Part shown: piece by piece, positions 59,217-64,000 of the stretch
Layout: the number at the start of each line of letters is the position of its first letter
Position numbering within the stretch: position 1 is the stretch's first letter
Assembly: GCA_963717315.1 (NCBI GenBank)
Contig: CAVQWA010000019.1
Location: 131 to 64,130 of the forward strand
DNA length: 64,000 nucleotides
Direction of reading: 5' to 3'
Source of the DNA: an uncultured Gemmatimonadales bacterium
GTDB taxonomy: Bacteria > Gemmatimonadota > Gemmatimonadetes > Gemmatimonadales > GWC2-71-9
Program-made: the position numbers and the translations under genes
Notes under the pieces: generated by a model
Database searches by the model: none
Told to the model about the DNA's origin: nothing
The model's input: only the letters and a program-made list of their open reading frames with translations

Positions 59217-61030
59217 GGGACCGCTACTGGCCGATCGCGGACTATGGCGTCATCGGTGACCTCCGCACGGCCGCGCTGGTCAGCCGGGACGGCGGCGTGG
59301 ACTGGTGGTGCCTGCCGCGCTTCAACGATCCGTCGGTCTTCGCCGCACTCCTCGACGCCGAGCGCGGGGGGCGGTGGCGGATCGGGCCGGCCGCGCCGGC
59401 AACCAGCGAGCAGCGGTATCTCCCCGGGACGAACGTCCTGGTGACCACCTTCCATTTCGAGGCCGGCGGGGCCGCGGCGGTCACCGACTTCCTCCCGATG
59501 GGGGCCGCACGCATCGCCGAGCCGGTGCTCTTCCGCCGGGTGGTGGGGCACCGGGGCCGGGTCCCGATGGCCACGGTGTTCCACCCGCGGTTCGCGTACG
59601 GGCGGGATGAGGCCCGGCTCACCGCGCGCCGGGCGGGCCTCACCGCGACCGATTCCACCCACGCGCTGGCCCTCTCGGCCTGGCCCGAGCTCGAGTGGGC
59701 GATGGAGGGAGGTGCGGCCACCGCCCGGTTCGACCTGGAGGCCGGCGAGGAGCGCTGGTTCGTCCTCCGCTGGGACCACGACGAGACGCCGGCCGCCGTC
59801 ACCCTCGGGCCCCAGGCCGCGCTCGACGCCACCATCGACTATTGGGACACGTGGGTGGCGCCGCTCGACTACCACGGCCCGTACCGCGCCGAGGTGCAGC
59901 GCAGCGCGCTCGCGCTCAAGCTCCTGCAGTACGAGCCGAGCGGCGCGATCGTGGCGGCCCCGACCACCTCGCTGCCGGAATGGCTCGGCGCGGGGCGCAA
60001 CTGGGACTACCGCTATACCTGGCTGCGCGACTCGGCGTACGTGCTCTACGCGCTCGACTCCCTCGGCATCCTCAGCGAGGCGGAGGCCTTCATCCGGTTC
60101 CTCGTCCGCGCCTGCCGGCGGGACGACGCGAGCCACCTGCAGGTGCTCTACTCCCCCCACGGCGATCGCGAGGCGGACGAGAGGGTCCTCGACCACCTGG
60201 AGGGGTACGCCGGCTCCGGGCCGGTGCGCATCGGCAACGGGGCCGCGAACCAGTTCCAGCTCGACGTGTATGGGGAACTGCTGGACACCATCGCCATCGC
60301 CCACCGGACGCAGGCGCCCGGCGAGGCGGCGTGGGCCAGCATGAACCGGCTCGTGGACTGGGTCGCCGACAACTGGCGCCGGCCGGACTGGGGGATCTGG
60401 GAGGAGCGGCTCGCGCCGCGGCACCACGTCTCCAGCAAGGTGATGGCCTGGACCGCGCTGGACCGGGGGGCCGCGCTGGCGGAGCAGCACCAGCTCCGGG
60501 GGGACGTCGCCCGGTGGCGCGCCGAGGCGGAGGCGGTGAAGGCCGAGGTACTGGATCGGGGGTGGGACCCGGGGCGGGGGACGTTCGTCCAGGGGTATGG
60601 CGAGCCGGCACTCGACGCCTCGGTGCTCCTGATCCCCAAGGTGCACTTCATTCACCGCACCGACCCCCGGGTCCGGAGCACGCTGGACGCCGTCCGCCGT
60701 GAGCTCGGCGCCGGGCCGGAGGAGCTGATCTACCGCTACCGCACCGCCGACGGCCTGAATGGCGACGAGGGCGCCTTCGTCGCCTGTTCCTTCTGGATGG
60801 TCCAGAACGTGGCGCTCACGGGCGATTTCGACGAAGCGGAACGGCTCTTCCGCCTCCTGCTCCGCCGCGCCAGCCCGCTCGGCCTCTTCGCCGAGGAGAT
60901 CGACCCGCGCACCGGCGACCACCTCGGCAACTATCCGCTCGGCCTGTCGCACGCGGCGTTGATCAACACCGCGGTGATGCTGGAGCGGCTGCGGGCAGTC
61001 GGGCAGTCGGACAGTCGGACAGTCGGATAG
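59213..61030 (+). CDS. Glycoside hydrolase family 15 (glucoamylase/trehalase-like)
   Basis: Track ORF 59195..61030 with ATG 59213 (ATGA overlap with the otsA-otsB stop). YWPIADYGVIGDLRTAALVSRDGGVDWWCLPRF, NWDYRYTWLRDSAY, CSFWMV. The C-terminal tail is encoded by the octamer repeat. Confidence 0.88.
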   Translation: MRDRYWPIADYGVIGDLRTAALVSRDGGVDWWCLPRFNDPSVFAALLDAERGGRWRIGPAAPATSEQRYLPGTNVLVTTFHFEAGGAAAVTDFLPMGAARIAEPVLFRRVVGHRGRVPMATVFHPRFAYGRDEARLTARRAGLTATDSTHALALSAWPELEWAMEGGAATARFDLEAGEERWFVLRWDHDETPAAVTLGPQAALDATIDYWDTWVAPLDYHGPYRAEVQRSALALKLLQYEPSGAIVAAPTTSLPEWLGAGRNWDYRYTWLRDSAYVLYALDSLGILSEAEAFIRFLVRACRRDDASHLQVLYSPHGDREADERVLDHLEGYAGSGPVRIGNGAANQFQLDVYGELLDTIAIAHRTQAPGEAAWASMNRLVDWVADNWRRPDWGIWEERLAPRHHVSSKVMAWTALDRGAALAEQHQLRGDVARWRAEAEAVKAEVLDRGWDPGRGTFVQGYGEPALDASVLLIPKVHFIHRTDPRVRSTLDAVRRELGAGPEELIYRYRTADGLNGDEGAFVACSFWMVQNVALTGDFDEAERLFRLLLRRASPLGLFAEEIDPRTGDHLGNYPLGLSHAALINTAVMLERLRAVGQSDSRTVG

Positions 61031-61056
61031 TCGGGCAGTCGGATCGTCCGACCGTC
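60995..61056. repeat. Octamer ([G/A][C/T]AGTCGG) tandem array, 6 units plus partial inverted end
   Basis: GCAGTCGG GCAGTCGG ACAGTCGG ACAGTCGG ATAGTCGG GCAGTCGG ATCGTCCGACCGTCC. Same unit as 33788-33835. It contains the GH15 stop TAG (61028-61030). Confidence 0.9.
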
Positions 61057-63165
61057 CTATTCCAGCCCCTCCCGCTTCACCACCAGCGTCTCGTCCCCCG
61101 TCCCGAACGGCATCGTCCCCACCGGCCGGACCGTGCCGGGCGGGAGGCCGGGAACGTGCGCTTCAGCCACCAGCTCCGTCGCCGTCGAATCCGGGAGGAT
61201 CTCGAGGATGACCCCGGTGTCGGGCGGAGCCACCAGCGCGTAGCGCCAGCCACGCCCGTCCGGCAACGCCGCGGTCGGCAGCTCGAGCCCCGCGAGCCGG
61301 GCGACGCGGGGGGGGCGATCGAGGACGAACTCCAGGCGGCGCGTGCCCGCGGGCGCGGTGACCCGGAATCGTGCTGCGCCGTCCCCGGCCCTTCCGGGCA
61401 GGCGCTCCAGCCGCAGGCTCCCGGGGTCCGCCGCCACCCTCACCTCCGTGTTGTCCGGCCGCGGCCACGTCGCCGAGTGATGCGCGCCCCGGAGCGCCCA
61501 GGCTCCCACGCCCAGCGCACCCGCCAGCGCCGCCGCCGGCACGATCCACCAGCGTCGCGGGTCGAGCTCCGCCACCATCGGTGCGAGGAGCCAGGTGGAG
61601 AGCGCACAGAGCGCGGCGACCGCCCCGGCGGGGAGCGGGCCCGTGCCCAGGCCGAGGAATGCGAGCGGGATGAGCGGAACCACGACCGGAAGCAGCGCCA
61701 GTGTGGCCACCCATCGCGCCCACGGCGGGCCGGTCTCGTCGGAGAGGAGCGCCCGCAGCAGCAGGCCCGCTGACGCGCCGGCCGCCGGCACCAGGAAGAG
61801 GTACGACCCGGCCGGCAGCCGGAGGGCGAGCAGCCCCGCTCCCGCCACCCAGAGGACGGCGGCGCCGGCCGAAAGGGCTTCGGGAGCGCCCCATCGCCGG
61901 GCGAGGCGGAGGAGGACGAGGGCCACGCCCGAAGCCAGGACGAGGGGCGCGATCGCGAGGGCCGGGTGCCACTCCAGGACGCCGGCAGTGGATCGCCGTG
62001 CCAGCACCGCGCCCAGGCCGACCCGGAATCCGACCGCGGACGTCACCGCCAGTGCGGTGGCGACCAGCGCGCCCACCGCCCCCAGCACGATGCCGCCGGC
62101 GCGCAGCCGGCCGCGATGCAGACCGAAGCCGATGGCCGTCCCGAGCGCCAGCACGGTGGTCACGACGAGGGCCCAGGTGTAGCGCAGTGGCCACCAGACC
62201 AGGCCAAGCAGTGGCGCGGAGAAGAACGCGGCGCTGCCGCCGCCCGCGGTGTCGGCGGGCGGTCCTTCCAGCGCGAACCTCCGCGCCAGCTCCAGCACCG
62301 CGTCGCCCTGCGACTGGAGCGTCCGGCGGTCGAGCCGGCCCACGCTGTCCAGCGGCGTGTGGTAGGCCGCCACGTCGCCGAGGAAGGCGAAGTTGAGTCC
62401 CGGGGTGCCGAGAGCCCGGAGTTCGGTGAAGTCGGTGTCGTTGGGGAGCAGCTGGTAGAGCGCGTAGAAGAGGGAGGACGCGGTCGGCGCCCGCACCTCC
62501 TCGGCGTAGGCCGCGATGGTGGCGAGGTTGGGGGATCCGGTCTCGAACATGAGGGACCGGCCGCCCGCCCCGCGCGCGTCCACGTTGATCACCACGCCCA
62601 CCTCGCCGCGCCAGGGGTGGGACGCCACGAAGGCGCGGGCGCCGAGCATCCCCTCCTCCTCGGCGTCGGTGAAGAGCGCGATCACGTCGTGCCGGAGCGG
62701 GGGCCCGACGCGGAGCGCGCGCATCACTTCCACCAGGATCGCGGCGCCGGCCGCATTGTCCGCGGCGCCCGGTGCGGCGGCGTGGCCGTCGTAGTGCGCC
62801 ACGAGCAGCACCGCGGGCCCGCCATCGGTGCCGCGCAGCCGGCCCGCCACGTTCTGCACCACCGCGGCCTTGGGGGCGCGGGGCGAGGGCTGGATGGCCT
62901 CCTGGGTCAGGGTGTCGGCGTCCAGGATGCCCATCACCCGCGCGAGCCACCTGCGCGACCGCTCGTGTCCCTCCGAGCCGGGCGGCCGCGGCGAGCGCGC
63001 GAGCTGGCGGACGTGTCGCGCCGCCCGCCCCGCCGAGAACTCGAACCGCGACGGCTCCGCGTCCGGGAGGGCCGGCGGCACCAGGCCGTGGCGCACCCCG
63101 GCGGTGACCAGGGCCGCGAGGGCCACCGCCTCGAGCAGGCGCCTCATGCCGCCGTGAGCTTCCAT
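61057..63165 (-). CDS. M28-family peptidase fused to a polytopic membrane domain
   Basis: Track ORF 61057..63825 with the start at ATG 63163-63165 (or 63145-63147, MRRLLEAVALAALV). LLVAHYDGHAAAPGAADNAAGAAILVEVMR, FTDAEEEGMLGA, then about 8 hydrophobic helices and a C-terminal soluble domain. Confidence 0.82.
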   Translation of the reverse strand: MEAHGGMRRLLEAVALAALVTAGVRHGLVPPALPDAEPSRFEFSAGRAARHVRQLARSPRPPGSEGHERSRRWLARVMGILDADTLTQEAIQPSPRAPKAAVVQNVAGRLRGTDGGPAVLLVAHYDGHAAAPGAADNAAGAAILVEVMRALRVGPPLRHDVIALFTDAEEEGMLGARAFVASHPWRGEVGVVINVDARGAGGRSLMFETGSPNLATIAAYAEEVRAPTASSLFYALYQLLPNDTDFTELRALGTPGLNFAFLGDVAAYHTPLDSVGRLDRRTLQSQGDAVLELARRFALEGPPADTAGGGSAAFFSAPLLGLVWWPLRYTWALVVTTVLALGTAIGFGLHRGRLRAGGIVLGAVGALVATALAVTSAVGFRVGLGAVLARRSTAGVLEWHPALAIAPLVLASGVALVLLRLARRWGAPEALSAGAAVLWVAGAGLLALRLPAGSYLFLVPAAGASAGLLLRALLSDETGPPWARWVATLALLPVVVPLIPLAFLGLGTGPLPAGAVAALCALSTWLLAPMVAELDPRRWWIVPAAALAGALGVGAWALRGAHHSATWPRPDNTEVRVAADPGSLRLERLPGRAGDGAARFRVTAPAGTRRLEFVLDRPPRVARLAGLELPTAALPDGRGWRYALVAPPDTGVILEILPDSTATELVAEAHVPGLPPGTVRPVGTMPFGTGDETLVVKREGLE

Positions 63166-63470
63166 CTGTCGCCCGCGCCGTTGAACGCCTGGGCCATGAC
63201 CATCCCGACGCGATGGAAGAGGAACCCGAGTGCCAGCACCCGGAGGCGAAGGATCGCGACGTGACGCACCTCCCCGGCGGCGCCGGAGAGCCCCCACCCC
63301 GGCACGATCGCGAAGAGGATCACCCCGACGCCGATGGTGCAGCCCGCCGCCACGTCGCTCCCGAAGGTCGAGAGCACGCGGATGAGGCCGATCCAGCTGG
63401 CCGTGGCCCCGAACACCTGAAACGTACCCGAGCCGGAGAGCCGGACCAACGATGCGAGCGCCGCCGGATC
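63144..63470 (-). pseudogene. Remnant of a MATE-family efflux transporter (central fragment with internal deletion)
   Basis: Part of track ORF 63144..63659: ...VRLSGSGTFQVFGATASWIGLIRVLSTFGSDVAAGCTIGVGVILFAIVPGWGLSGAA... and ...GMVMAQAFNGAGD. These resemble the MATE TM7-8 and TM10-11 consensus, but the N-terminal half, the VGQNLGAG segment and the C-terminal helices are missing. Confidence 0.4.
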
Positions 63471-63553
63471 CCGCCGGGCGGGGCGAGGGCGTCGGCCGTC
63501 GCGAACTGCATGCGGGCTCCAGGCGGGATCCTGCCCGCGGTCGTCGGTCGCAA

Positions 63554-63588
63554 GGGGAGCGGGGAGCGGGGAGCGGGGAACGGGGAGC
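63554..63588 (+). repeat. Tandem GGGGAGC/GGGGAAC heptamers (5 units), G-quadruplex motif
   Basis: GGGGAGC GGGGAGC GGGGAGC GGGGAAC GGGGAGC. Another short heptamer run, AGCGAAT AGCGAGC AGCGAGC, follows at about 63613-63633. Confidence 0.9.
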
Positions 63589-63724
63589 GGACCGCGAATC
63601 GCCATCGGCGACCAGCGAATAGCGAGCAGCGAGCCGCGTGGCGCCCAGTCCCAACGCATTGTGGCAGCGGCGGTTAACGTGTCCCGGCCGGCCCGGCACG
63701 GAACTGGCGATTCGCGGGCGCATC

Positions 63725-64000
63725 ATGCCTCGCCAAGCGACTCTCGGGCTCGCCCTGCTCGCGTTGCTCTTCGTGCCCCCGCACCTGCACGGTGTATGGG
63801 TCGAGACGCTGCCGGCCGCGCGCACCGATCCGCCCGCCGAGGCCCGGCGCTACTGGCGGGAGCTGCTCGCCTGCACCCACGTGCGCCCGAAGCGCGGCCG
63901 CGGCTTCGAGTCCATCCAGTGGCACCGGGTGGCGGGACGGCAGTTCGTCCGCCCCGACACTGGCCGGGACGTCATCGGGCTCTGGCTCCGGCCGGGCAAC
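63725..64000 (+). CDS. Hypothetical secreted protein, N-terminal fragment (continues beyond window)
   Basis: ATG 63725, open to the window end (92 codons). It is not in the track because no stop is reached. MPRQATLGLALLALLFVPPHLHG is signal-peptide-like. No family recognised. Confidence 0.45.
   Translation, partial: MPRQATLGLALLALLFVPPHLHGVWVETLPAARTDPPAEARRYWRELLACTHVRPKRGRGFESIQWHRVAGRQFVRPDTGRDVIGLWLRPGN

Overview
This is a 64-kb, very GC-rich bacterial chromosomal segment (about 70% or more by eye; not computed). The gene content includes many secreted peptidases and amidohydrolases, TPR-tailed Ser/Thr kinases, DUF5916/DUF4097/DUF4142/DUF819 proteins and an ECF sigma/anti-sigma pair. That looks like a soil Gemmatimonadota-type organism, but this is a guess and needs a database search. 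I call 56 protein-coding genes (two partial at the window edges), one probable pseudogene remnant (MATE transporter) and a five-gene tRNA cluster (His-Trp-Glu-Glu-Lys, minus strand). About 70% of genes are on the minus strand, packed into operons with frequent 4-nt ATGA/GTGA start/stop overlaps. I saw no rRNA, CRISPR/cas, transposase, integrase, phage or recognisable defence genes, so this reads as ordinary chromosome rather than a mobile island. I did not find a convincing discrete new multi-gene system. The most unusual content is non-coding. (i) A REP/BIME-like palindromic repeat family abuts stop codons and once encloses a low-GC (GTT)n tract. (ii) Many short tandem arrays of 7-8-nt units (GGGGAGC/GGGGAAC/AGGGGAG, GAGTCGC, GGCACTC, GTCGGACA, GACGGGAA, CCGCCGGG) sit in spacers. 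Several arrays are canonical G-quadruplex motifs with the G strand on the plus strand. Several form long hairpins at gene 3' ends. One family lies inside an anti-sigma-factor gene on both sides of its transmembrane segment. Coding oddities are: a ClpP paralogue with a Ser-His-Asn triad; an intact/degenerate periplasmic amidohydrolase pair coupled to a Rieske oxygenase and an APC permease; a BNR-propeller::alkaline-phosphatase fusion; tandem kinase paralogues; an OtsA-OtsB fusion overlapping a GH15 hydrolase; two genes with no canonical start codon near their conserved N-termini; and an Omp85-like barrel followed by a PLD-like protein. All family calls come from reading the translated ORFs by eye; no searches were run.
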